From NCBI GenBank assembly GCA_014055525.1, contig WIAH01000006.1, positions 38,104 to 70,103 of the forward strand: a stretch of DNA of 32,000 nucleotides, written 5' to 3'. Both the position numbers and the translations under genes were made by a program. Positions 1-6,912 of this stretch are shown here, piece by piece. Numbering within the stretch: the stretch's first letter is position 1; the number at the start of each line of letters is the position of its first letter. Under the pieces are notes generated by a model. The model was not told where the DNA came from. It was given only the letters and a program-made list of their open reading frames with translations, and made no database searches. Origin of the DNA: Nitrospira sp. CR1.3. Lineage in GTDB: Bacteria > Nitrospirota > Nitrospiria > Nitrospirales > Nitrospiraceae.

Positions 1-509
1 CCCACGAGTCCCCAGGAATTTACCGGATGATCCAATCCTCGCCGCCGTTCGCGGCAAAACATCGAATCCAGCTCATCCAAGGATAGGCCGGTAATGGGAT
101 TGTCCTGATGCACGAAGATGGCCAACGCGTCGATCGCGACCGGGACTTCGGTCGGCTCGTAGCCGTATTCCTTCACGAACTCCGCGATCTCCGAAGCATT
201 CATACGGCGCGACATGGCGGCAATCTCCGTCTGATGCTCCAACAAGGCGGCCAGCCCTGTTTCCGACCCTTCTCCCTTTACCGTCACCTTCATTGCGGGA
301 TGCCGCCGTTTTAAGTCGTCCGCCCAGGCCTGGATCAGGGGCCGCATCGTATCGGACCCGGCAATCTGCAGCTGTCCATTGATCTGAACCAGCGGTTGAT
401 AGGCGGGAATCTTCCCGTCGAGCTCCGGCTTGAGCTGTCCCGATGCGTTCGACTGAGCGATCAGCACGAAGATGCAGATCAGTAGTCCTCGAACCACGAC
501 GTTCCTCAT
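1..509 (-). CDS. pstS: PstS-family periplasmic phosphate-binding protein (N-terminal 169 aa; 3' end runs off the window)
   Basis: Absent from the ORF track because it is open at the window edge. Manual minus-strand translation from ATG 509-507 gives MRNVVVRGLLICIFVLIAQSNASGQ (signal peptide), then ...IAGSDTMRPLIQAWADDLKRRHPAMKVTVKGEGSETGLAALLEHQTEIAAMSRRM...VAIDALAIFVHQDNP, which fits the PstS/PBP_like_2 pattern. Track ORF 73..609 is a different, Arg-rich frame. Confidence 0.8.
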   Translation of the reverse strand, partial: MRNVVVRGLLICIFVLIAQSNASGQLKPELDGKIPAYQPLVQINGQLQIAGSDTMRPLIQAWADDLKRRHPAMKVTVKGEGSETGLAALLEHQTEIAAMSRRMNASEIAEFVKEYGYEPTEVPVAIDALAIFVHQDNPITGLSLDELDSMFCRERRRGLDHPVNSWGLV

Positions 510-604
510 AGGGGTTTAGTCCGGGCTTCCTGTCATTCGACGAACGTGCATACTGGCAGACCGGCTCGTGCTCCCGTAGCCTAGGCAGGCGAGATTGCCG
601 AGTG

Positions 605-631
605 GTCAATGGTCTGTTAATTCGACGTTAA
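605..631 (+). promoter_or_regulatory. Three 11-bp-phased direct repeats GTCAA/GTTAA/GTTAA (candidate response-regulator or Pho-box-like site) upstream of the pstS-like gene
   Basis: Read directly: GTCAAtggtct GTTAAttcgac GTTAA, with units starting at 605, 616 and 627. It lies in the 164-bp gap between the CHAD and pstS-like genes. Confidence 0.35.
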
Positions 632-673
632 CTCTGCTTGGTGATTTCAGCGAAACCCTTTCTTGCCCGGTTG

Positions 674-1438
674 TCACAGTCGATCGAGTGCCTCAAGCAA
701 CCAGTTCATATCGCCGGCGTACCGGCGAGCCTTTTTGCGCGCTCGCCGCCATGCCTTCACAATGGTCGGCCGCGACTGCAGCTCGAGCTGTTTCGCGAGT
801 TTCCGAAACGACGCCAGTTCCTCATGCGCGCCCAGGCAACGCTGGGCTTTCTTCAGGCCGACGATCAAGTTCTTCTGCGACTCTCCGTGAGACGCGGTCC
901 ACTCCAGCTGATAGCGCAGTTGTTTGAGTTCGAGGCGGAGGCAGTGCAGCCGCTTCCGTTTCGGCTTTCGGTCCAGCAGGGCGAGAAGGCCGGTCAATTT
1001 GGATCGGTGCGCGCTCCATGTTCGCCCCGGCTCGTCGGCGCCGAGAGGCCTGGTCCAGCTCTTCACGCCATCGAGGGTCTGTTGGATCATAGTGAAGACG
1101 CGCGCAATCATCAAGCGTCTTGCGGTCTCCCGACCCAACCGGCGCACGGCCAGAATGTCCGAGGGAGAGGCATCGTGTCGTATCAGCCATTGCTCAAGCG
1201 TATGCATGGACCGCAGGTGGCTGAGCGACGACACGTCTTCATCCAGCTTGGCGGCTGAATCATGGTCGCCCACCAGATCGAGCCAGGCCTCAAGCCGACG
1301 GAGGTTCGTCCTGAGTTGATGAAGGCCCCGGGCCCCGATCGTTCGCGATTTCGACAGGGTAGTCAAGAGCCGGGCTACCCTTCGCCTTCGGGCGGCAATG
1401 GCGCGGCTCCACGCGTCCGTCTGTCCTGTTGAGACCAT
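674..1438 (-). CDS. CHAD-domain protein (polyphosphate-associated helical domain family)
   Basis: 254-aa ORF rich in helix-forming and Arg/His residues. It has CHAD-like motifs (HQLRTNLRRLEAWLDL; LHCLRLELKQLRYQLEW) and is co-directional with, and directly upstream of, the pstS-like gene. Confidence 0.7.
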   Translation of the reverse strand: MVSTGQTDAWSRAIAARRRRVARLLTTLSKSRTIGARGLHQLRTNLRRLEAWLDLVGDHDSAAKLDEDVSSLSHLRSMHTLEQWLIRHDASPSDILAVRRLGRETARRLMIARVFTMIQQTLDGVKSWTRPLGADEPGRTWSAHRSKLTGLLALLDRKPKRKRLHCLRLELKQLRYQLEWTASHGESQKNLIVGLKKAQRCLGAHEELASFRKLAKQLELQSRPTIVKAWRRARKKARRYAGDMNWLLEALDRL

Positions 1439-1487
1439 CTCCGGGAACCTTTCCGGGGCGCAGCCTACGGACGCAATATTTCATCCG

Positions 1488-1515
1488 TATTAAGAATATA
1501 TTAACGATCGATTAC
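1488..1515 (+). promoter_or_regulatory. Triplet of 11-bp-phased repeats TATTAA/TATTAA/GATTAC in the CHAD / response-regulator divergent promoter region
   Basis: Read directly: TATTAAgaata TATTAAcgatc GATTAC, with units at 1488, 1499 and 1510. It sits in an AT-rich 200-bp divergent intergenic region. Confidence 0.4.
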
Positions 1516-1566
1516 ATTTATACAGCTGTCTCCGGATTTCCATTAGCGCGTTTCGACCGATAGAAT

Positions 1567-1593
1567 GTTACGTACCTTTAACATGGTCTTAAT
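1567..1593 (+). promoter_or_regulatory. Second triplet of phased repeats GTTAC/TTTAA/CTTAA upstream of the response-regulator gene
   Basis: Read directly: GTTACgtacc TTTAACatggt CTTAAT, with units at 1567, 1577 and 1588, about 70-95 bp upstream of ATG 1662. Confidence 0.4.
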
Positions 1594-1661
1594 CACAGCT
1601 TTGTAGCAAGAATGTACAGTACCGCCGCGTTCAAAATGGATTGCCCTGCATGACCACCTTC

Positions 1662-2354
1662 ATGGCGACTTCCAAGGACACGATTCTGGTCATTACCAAC
1701 GATGCAGGCGCTCGTCTTTCGCTGGGAGTGAGCCTGAAGGAGGCCGGCTACGAAGTGCAGTTCGCCGCCAACGAGCAGAGTGCGCTGGATTTCCTGCAAC
1801 ATGGAACGCCCGCTCTCATCATGGCCGATCGACAGGCGTGCGACTTCGACCGGTTCCGAGTCCAGAAGGGGTTGAGGACGACGCCGATGATTGCCTTACA
1901 GGAAGCGAATGTTCCCTGTGGAGAGGACGAGTGTCTCGACGAACTCGAGCGCGGCGCGGATTTCGTCCTCTGCAATCAGAGTTCGAGGGAACTGGTTGCT
2001 CGCGTGAGAGCTATTCTGCGCCGCAAGGAGTCGGATCGAAAACCTGCCGTCTACCGTCTGGCCGGTGGACTGCAAATGGATCTCGATCGTCACGAGGTCA
2101 AAGTCAGCGGCAGGCCGGTGGAATTGACGCCCAAAGAATTTCAAATTCTGCGCCATTTCCTGGAGGCGCCCAGCCGGGTGTTTTCTCGACAGGAAATGCT
2201 GAACTGCGTCTGGGGAGAGGGCTACGCGCTGGAAGAACATGCGCTCGACGTCCACATCCATTCACTCCGGCAAAAGATCGAAGAAGACCCCGCAAAACCC
2301 AAATTGATTGTGACGGTGCGGGGAGTCGGGTACAAGCTGCGGGCCGGCACCTGA
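1662..2354 (+). CDS. OmpR/PhoB-family response regulator (receiver + winged-helix Trans_reg_C) with a degenerate receiver and no adjacent histidine kinase
   Basis: The C-terminal region LTPKEFQILRHFLEAPSRVFSRQEMLNCVWG...LDVHIHSLRQKIE...IVTVRGVGYKL is a typical OmpR-type winged helix. The receiver starts MATSKDTILVITND. The track ORF starts at TTG 1641; ATG 1650 and ATG 1662 are alternative starts. Confidence 0.85.
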   Translation: MATSKDTILVITNDAGARLSLGVSLKEAGYEVQFAANEQSALDFLQHGTPALIMADRQACDFDRFRVQKGLRTTPMIALQEANVPCGEDECLDELERGADFVLCNQSSRELVARVRAILRRKESDRKPAVYRLAGGLQMDLDRHEVKVSGRPVELTPKEFQILRHFLEAPSRVFSRQEMLNCVWGEGYALEEHALDVHIHSLRQKIEEDPAKPKLIVTVRGVGYKLRAGT

Positions 2355-2493
2355 TTCATCTCTCCGTCGCTTCCACCGGACACAAGCCGCCGTTCCGGCG
2401 CCTCGTTCCTGCTCCCTTCGAATCTGAATGTGCGGGGATGTGAAACGAATGGGGCGGTCCGGCCGCGCGCCGGACCGCTCGGATAGAAACGGC

Positions 2494-2877
2494 CTAAAAT
2501 TCGTCGACGGAGACCGGTTGCAGAAAATCCCGCACCGACACGACCCCGACGATTGCGCCGGCTTTGGTGACTCCCAAATGGCGCGTCCGATGTTTGTTCA
2601 TCATGTCGGCCGCTTCCGTGATGGGACGGCGCGCTTCGATGCCGATCACCGGGCTGCTCATGATTTCATCGACGGGGATAAAGTACGCGACGCGCTCGGC
2701 GCCCACGAACTTTTTCACAATATCCGACTCCGTCACGATGCCGGCGATCCGGCCTTTCTGAGACACCAGCACGCTGCCGACGTTGCACGCTTTCATCAGC
2801 TTCGCCGCCTCGACGACCGAGGTTCCGGTATCGACGGTCACAAGATCCTGCTTCATCAACTGTCCGACAGTCACCAT
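2494..2877 (-). CDS. CBS-domain pair protein
   Basis: 127 aa with two CBS repeats (LMKQDLVTVDTGTSVVEAAKLMKACNVGSVLV...GIVTESDIV; IMSSPVIGIEARRPITEAADMMNKHRTRHLGV...GVVSVRDF). An AAGGAGG Shine-Dalgarno (SD) sequence precedes the ATG. Confidence 0.85.
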   Translation of the reverse strand: MVTVGQLMKQDLVTVDTGTSVVEAAKLMKACNVGSVLVSQKGRIAGIVTESDIVKKFVGAERVAYFIPVDEIMSSPVIGIEARRPITEAADMMNKHRTRHLGVTKAGAIVGVVSVRDFLQPVSVDEF

Positions 2878-2898
2878 CGTGTTGTTCCTCCTTGTTGG

Positions 2899-2918
2899 TT
2901 GTCTCCACTTGGAGACAA
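2899..2918. promoter_or_regulatory. Near-perfect 20-bp palindrome TTGTCTCCA-ct-TGGAGACAA (candidate operator) in the CBS/pit divergent region
   Basis: Read directly: 9-bp perfect inverted arms separated by 2 nt, 22-41 bp upstream of the CBS start codon. Confidence 0.35.
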
Positions 2919-2943
2919 GGTACAGCCCAGCGGTTGCCGGGCA

Positions 2944-2959
2944 ATTACCGACTCGTTAC
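2944..2959 (+). promoter_or_regulatory. Phased repeat ATTAC-N6-GTTAC upstream of the PiT transporter gene
   Basis: Read directly: ATTACcgactcGTTAC, with units at 2944 and 2955, about 100 bp upstream of ATG 3056. Confidence 0.35.
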
Positions 2960-3055
2960 CGGCATGTAAAACCTGCAGGTACCTGCTTCGAAGCCGGATT
3001 GGACGATAGGGGTTTTCCTAGTGAAGTACACGGTGGATGAACTGGTGCTCTATCC

Positions 3056-4663
3056 ATGATGCCTCCATCCACCGAGTCCCCGGAACAACATCCCCTTCAA
3101 GAGGGTCAGAATCGCACCACCACTCGGGTGGGCTTGCTGCTGATCGTCCTTCTTTTGATCCTCGGCGGAAGCTATGTCGCCGGCTCGCTTTCGACGGATT
3201 TGTCTTCTGTCCGAGCGTCCTCTGCCTGGCCCTTCATCTTGCTCGGGATCGCCCTGCTGATTGCGCTGGGATTCGAATTCGTCAACGGCTTTCACGATAC
3301 GGCAAACGCCGTTGCGACCGTCATCTACACGCATTCCATGCCGCCGTACTTTGCCGTCGCCTGGTCCGGTCTGTGGAATTTTGCCGGGGTCATGGTGGCG
3401 TCCGGTGCGGTGGCCTTCGGCATTGTCTCGCTCTTGCCGGTGGAGCTCATTTTACAAGTGAGTTCGGGCGCGGGTTTCGCCATGGTCTTCTCGCTGCTGA
3501 TCGCCGCGATCCTGTGGAATCTCGGCACCTGGTTTTTCGGACTGCCGGCCTCCAGCTCGCACTCTCTGATCGGTTCGATCATCGGGGTCGGATTTGCGAA
3601 CCAATTACTCGCCTCCAAGACCGCGGACACCAGCGGCGTGGATTGGTCGCAAGCAGCCAGCGTCGGCAAGTCGCTCGTTCTGTCACCGATGATCGGATTC
3701 TCGCTCGCGGCCTTTCTCTTGCTGCTGCTCATGCGCGCAATCCCCATCGAGCAGCTGTACCGCCCGCCCAAACGTAAGGCCCCTCCTCCCTGGTGGATTC
3801 GCAGCGTGCTGATTCTCACCTGCACCGGGGTGAGTTTCGCGCATGGGTCCAACGACGGGCAAAAGGGCATGGGCTTGATCATGCTAATCCTGATCGGTAC
3901 CGTGCCGACGGTTTACGCGCTCAACCGTGCCGTCGATCCCTCGTATATGCCGACATTTGTGACTGGTTCTACCCAGGCTGAAACGGTATTGGGGCGCTAC
4001 ACATCGGCGACGATACCTTCAAGCGCCGCTCGCGCAGAGATCGGGAGCTATCTCCGCACGCGGACGCTCCGGCCGGATACCGTTGCCGCCGTGCATGCAT
4101 TGAGCGCCGACATTCGGACCGGCATCCTGTCCTACGGCTCCGTGGCGCAAATTCCCATGGACATGACGTCAAATGTGCGAAACGACATGTATCTGCTCAG
4201 TGAATCCCTGCGCATGATGGACAAGCAGCATGATCCCGCCTTTTCCGGTGCGGATCGGGAGGTACTGTCGCAGTATCGAGCGCTTCTGGATCGGGCCACC
4301 AAATACATTCCCGGCTGGGTCAAGACCGCCGTCGCCGTGGCGCTGGGTCTCGGCACCATGATCGGATGGAGGCGTATTGTGATCACGGTCGGCGAGAAAA
4401 TCGGGAAAACGCATTTGTCGTATGGCCAGGGCGCCTGCGCGGAGCTCGTGGCCATGGGCACGATCGGCGCGGCCGATATCTTCGGCTTGCCCGTCTCCAC
4501 CACTCACGTCTTGTCGTCAGGCGTCGCCGGCACGATGGCGGCCAATCGTTCCGGATTACAGTGGGCGACGGTGCGCAACCTTACCATGGCCTGGGTCTTG
4601 ACGCTTCCGGCTTCAATCGTTTTATCAGGCACGTTGTATTGGCTGCTTCGACTGGTGATATAG
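3056..4663 (+). CDS. pitA: Inorganic phosphate transporter, PiT (PHO4) family
   Basis: 535 aa and polytopic. Both PiT signature repeats are present (FEFVNGFHDTANAVATVIYT and FAHGSNDGQKGMG), separated by a long hydrophilic central loop. Confidence 0.9.
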   Translation: MMPPSTESPEQHPLQEGQNRTTTRVGLLLIVLLLILGGSYVAGSLSTDLSSVRASSAWPFILLGIALLIALGFEFVNGFHDTANAVATVIYTHSMPPYFAVAWSGLWNFAGVMVASGAVAFGIVSLLPVELILQVSSGAGFAMVFSLLIAAILWNLGTWFFGLPASSSHSLIGSIIGVGFANQLLASKTADTSGVDWSQAASVGKSLVLSPMIGFSLAAFLLLLLMRAIPIEQLYRPPKRKAPPPWWIRSVLILTCTGVSFAHGSNDGQKGMGLIMLILIGTVPTVYALNRAVDPSYMPTFVTGSTQAETVLGRYTSATIPSSAARAEIGSYLRTRTLRPDTVAAVHALSADIRTGILSYGSVAQIPMDMTSNVRNDMYLLSESLRMMDKQHDPAFSGADREVLSQYRALLDRATKYIPGWVKTAVAVALGLGTMIGWRRIVITVGEKIGKTHLSYGQGACAELVAMGTIGAADIFGLPVSTTHVLSSGVAGTMAANRSGLQWATVRNLTMAWVLTLPASIVLSGTLYWLLRLVI

Positions 4664-4920
4664 CGATTCTGAAAAGGCGATGCGCTCAACCGGAAAGAGT
4701 TGGCGATGAAGCACTCTCTTGATGCCGGATCAAACTATAGGCGTTACTCTCTGGACCGAATGGCATCCGCAACCCCGGCACCGCTGATGGAGTGGGGCAG
4801 TCCGCCATCCTTCCGGCAAGCCAAGCTGGCCCCATCCGGTAATATCCGTTGCCGACCCGCGGCGGCGCGTCTCTGAGAAAATGGCGTCAACCGACCTCCT
4901 CGCTTGAGTTCGAGAAACGC

Positions 4921-4960
4921 CGTTACAGAATCCTGAGCTGACCGCAATTCTGCCGTAACG
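4921..4960 (+). promoter_or_regulatory. Intergenic motif GTTACAGAATCCTGA with inverted partner GTAACG 33 bp downstream
   Basis: CGTTACAGAAT (4921-4931) ... ATTCTGccGTAACG (4947-4960). It ends 21 bp upstream of ATG 4981. The 9-mer GTTACAGAA recurs at 6874, 20560(-) and 30188. Confidence 0.35.
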
Positions 4961-4980
4961 CCCGTCAACGAAAAGATTTC

Positions 4981-6801
4981 ATGATGATGAAGAAGCGACG
5001 TGAACAGCTCCTGCGCCTTTTCCTCTGCCTGATATGCGGCATTGCCTCTGTTCCGTCGGCACGCGCCGAACTCTCGGCGAGTCAGGTGATGATCGTGGCC
5101 AACGCCAACAGTCCCGACAGCCTCCGGGTGGCACGGCACTATGCCGGGCGCCGCGGGATTCCATTGCAGCAGATTGCGAACCTGGATCTGCCGTTCGAAG
5201 AGTCCATGAGCCGCAAGGACTACGATCGGCAACTGGTCGTGCCGCTTCGCAGGATTCTCCACAAAGCCGGACTTCATCGATCGATCCGGGTCCTGGTGAC
5301 CGTATACGGCGTGCCGCTTCGCGTCTCAGCGCAGAGCCTGACGGACGAAGAACGACGCTGGCGGCTCGATGCAAAAAACCGTTTGGCTGCTGCGCGATCG
5401 ACGCTGATGGAAGTGGAGCGAAAGGCCCGTGACATACCGGGCGCGGCGGACGCTTCCGCGATACCGAACGAAAAGGGCGGTCAGGGCCTCGCAGAATTCG
5501 ACCGCAACCTCGCCTTTCTCGCGCGAATCGACCGCGTGACAGAAGCGGCGTTGAAGCGCGCGAATGCATTCGATCCGCCGACACGTCAGCGGTGGTATGC
5601 GCGTGTGGAGGCGATGATTCGGCAGTACCAAGGCATCGCGGGAGTGACGCAGCTGCGTCAGGGATTGCCCGTAAACACTGTGACGTCTGCGGCCGGGGAG
5701 GAACGATACAGGCTGGCCCAACAGGCGGAAGGATTGAAGCTGTTGCTCGGCTTCTTGGAACTCCCCGTCACTCGCGAGCGGGACACGCTCTACCGTCGGG
5801 TCGAGGATGTGTACGGAGCCTACGGCCTGTTCGCGCTGGCCGCTCTCGAACTGAAGCGCCTGTCCACCGAAGAGGCCGACGGGAGCCTGGACAGCGAGTT
5901 AAGCCTGCTGTGGCGGGATGGGGAGGACTACGGGCTTTCCTGGCGACAGGCGAATGCGCTCCATCATGGCTTTAAGAGGATTCAAGGAGGCTCGCACAAG
6001 GAGATTCCTCTCTTGATGGTGAGCCGTCTTGACGCTCCGACTGTTGACCACGCGGTACAGATGGTAGACCGCGCGATCGAAGCAGAACGACAGGGGCTTG
6101 CCGGAACCATCTATCTCGATGCGCGCGGCTTGCCCGTGAAGGACCAGGCGGATGCCTACGGCCGTTACGACCAAAGCCTGCGGGACTTGCACGGCTTCGT
6201 GACTCAACAGACGACCTATCGATCGGTTCTCGAAAACACCGAAGCCAGATTTCAGCGGCCTGGGGATGCCCCTGATGTGGCGCTCTATGCCGGTTGGTAC
6301 CGGCTTCGGCAGTACGAGGATGCGTTTACCTTCAGGCCAGGCGCCATCGGCTACCATATGGCATCCGCCGAAGCCGTAAGCATCCACAACTCCATGGAGC
6401 GCGGTTGGTGCAAGAATGCGTTGGAGCGAGGAATCACCGCGACGCTCGGTTCCGTCGGAGAGCCGTACCTCGACTCTTTTCCGGAGCCGCTCGAGTTCAT
6501 CTCGCTCATGATGACCGGGCAATATTCTCTGGTAGAAGCCTATTATCTGACCAGTCGGTGGGTGAGCTGGCGCATGGTCCTGTTCGGTGATCCACTCTAC
6601 AACCCCTGGAAGGCGAAACCGGCGGCTCAGCGGTCCGCGCTCACAATGTTTACGCTCGCTCCGATAGCCCCGTCCGATCAATCGTTCGACGATCCCGTTC
6701 TGGCCAGAGAGGAATTCAAACGGCTTCGGGAACAATCTCGGACCAGGCTCGACATGATCCTGCGGAACCTGGCGGACTCGTCCGGCCTGCCGCCGGCCTG
6801 A
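4981..6801 (+). CDS. Secreted protein of unknown function, TIGR03790-like (from memory of that family)
   Basis: 606 aa with signal peptide MMMKKRREQLLRLFLCLICGIASVPSARA. Motifs recalled from TIGR03790 proteins: VMIVANANSPDSLRVARHYAGRRGIP, YGVPLRV, LYAGWY, GITATLGSVGEPYLDSFPEP, LFGDPLYNPW. Confidence 0.6.
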   Translation: MMMKKRREQLLRLFLCLICGIASVPSARAELSASQVMIVANANSPDSLRVARHYAGRRGIPLQQIANLDLPFEESMSRKDYDRQLVVPLRRILHKAGLHRSIRVLVTVYGVPLRVSAQSLTDEERRWRLDAKNRLAAARSTLMEVERKARDIPGAADASAIPNEKGGQGLAEFDRNLAFLARIDRVTEAALKRANAFDPPTRQRWYARVEAMIRQYQGIAGVTQLRQGLPVNTVTSAAGEERYRLAQQAEGLKLLLGFLELPVTRERDTLYRRVEDVYGAYGLFALAALELKRLSTEEADGSLDSELSLLWRDGEDYGLSWRQANALHHGFKRIQGGSHKEIPLLMVSRLDAPTVDHAVQMVDRAIEAERQGLAGTIYLDARGLPVKDQADAYGRYDQSLRDLHGFVTQQTTYRSVLENTEARFQRPGDAPDVALYAGWYRLRQYEDAFTFRPGAIGYHMASAEAVSIHNSMERGWCKNALERGITATLGSVGEPYLDSFPEPLEFISLMMTGQYSLVEAYYLTSRWVSWRMVLFGDPLYNPWKAKPAAQRSALTMFTLAPIAPSDQSFDDPVLAREEFKRLREQSRTRLDMILRNLADSSGLPPA

Positions 6802-6873
6802 CGAGTTGGCGCCTCTTCCGTAGCGCGAGCTCTACGCCGCGCTGATTTTCGGTCGGCCACGCCTTCACAAAAT

Positions 6874-6888
6874 GTTACAGAACCCTGA
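6874..6888 (+). promoter_or_regulatory. Second copy of GTTACAGAAyCCTGA motif, upstream of the Ntn-hydrolase-like gene
   Basis: GTTACAGAACCCTGA read directly, 25-49 bp upstream of candidate starts 6913 and 6937. It is preceded by TTCACAaaat. Confidence 0.3.
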
Positions 6889-6912
6889 CGAAGTCGCGAC
6901 GAGGCGGTCATC

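Noticed and set aside
73-609. 178-aa minus-strand track ORF at the window start
   Set aside because: It is extremely Arg/Gly-rich and is out of frame with the convincing PstS-like reading frame (ATG 509, open to position 1). I treat it as a shadow ORF of a GC-rich gene.
595-1319. Plus-strand ORFs (110, 206, 75 and 131 aa) opposite the CHAD gene
   Set aside because: They are Arg/Ser/Pro-rich, have no motifs, and overlap each other. The minus-strand CHAD frame has a coherent helical sequence.
5899-6735. 278-aa minus-strand ORF inside the TIGR03790-like gene
   Set aside because: It is an antisense shadow ORF with Arg/Pro/Gly bias, no SD and no recognisable domain. The plus-strand frame has a signal peptide and family motifs.
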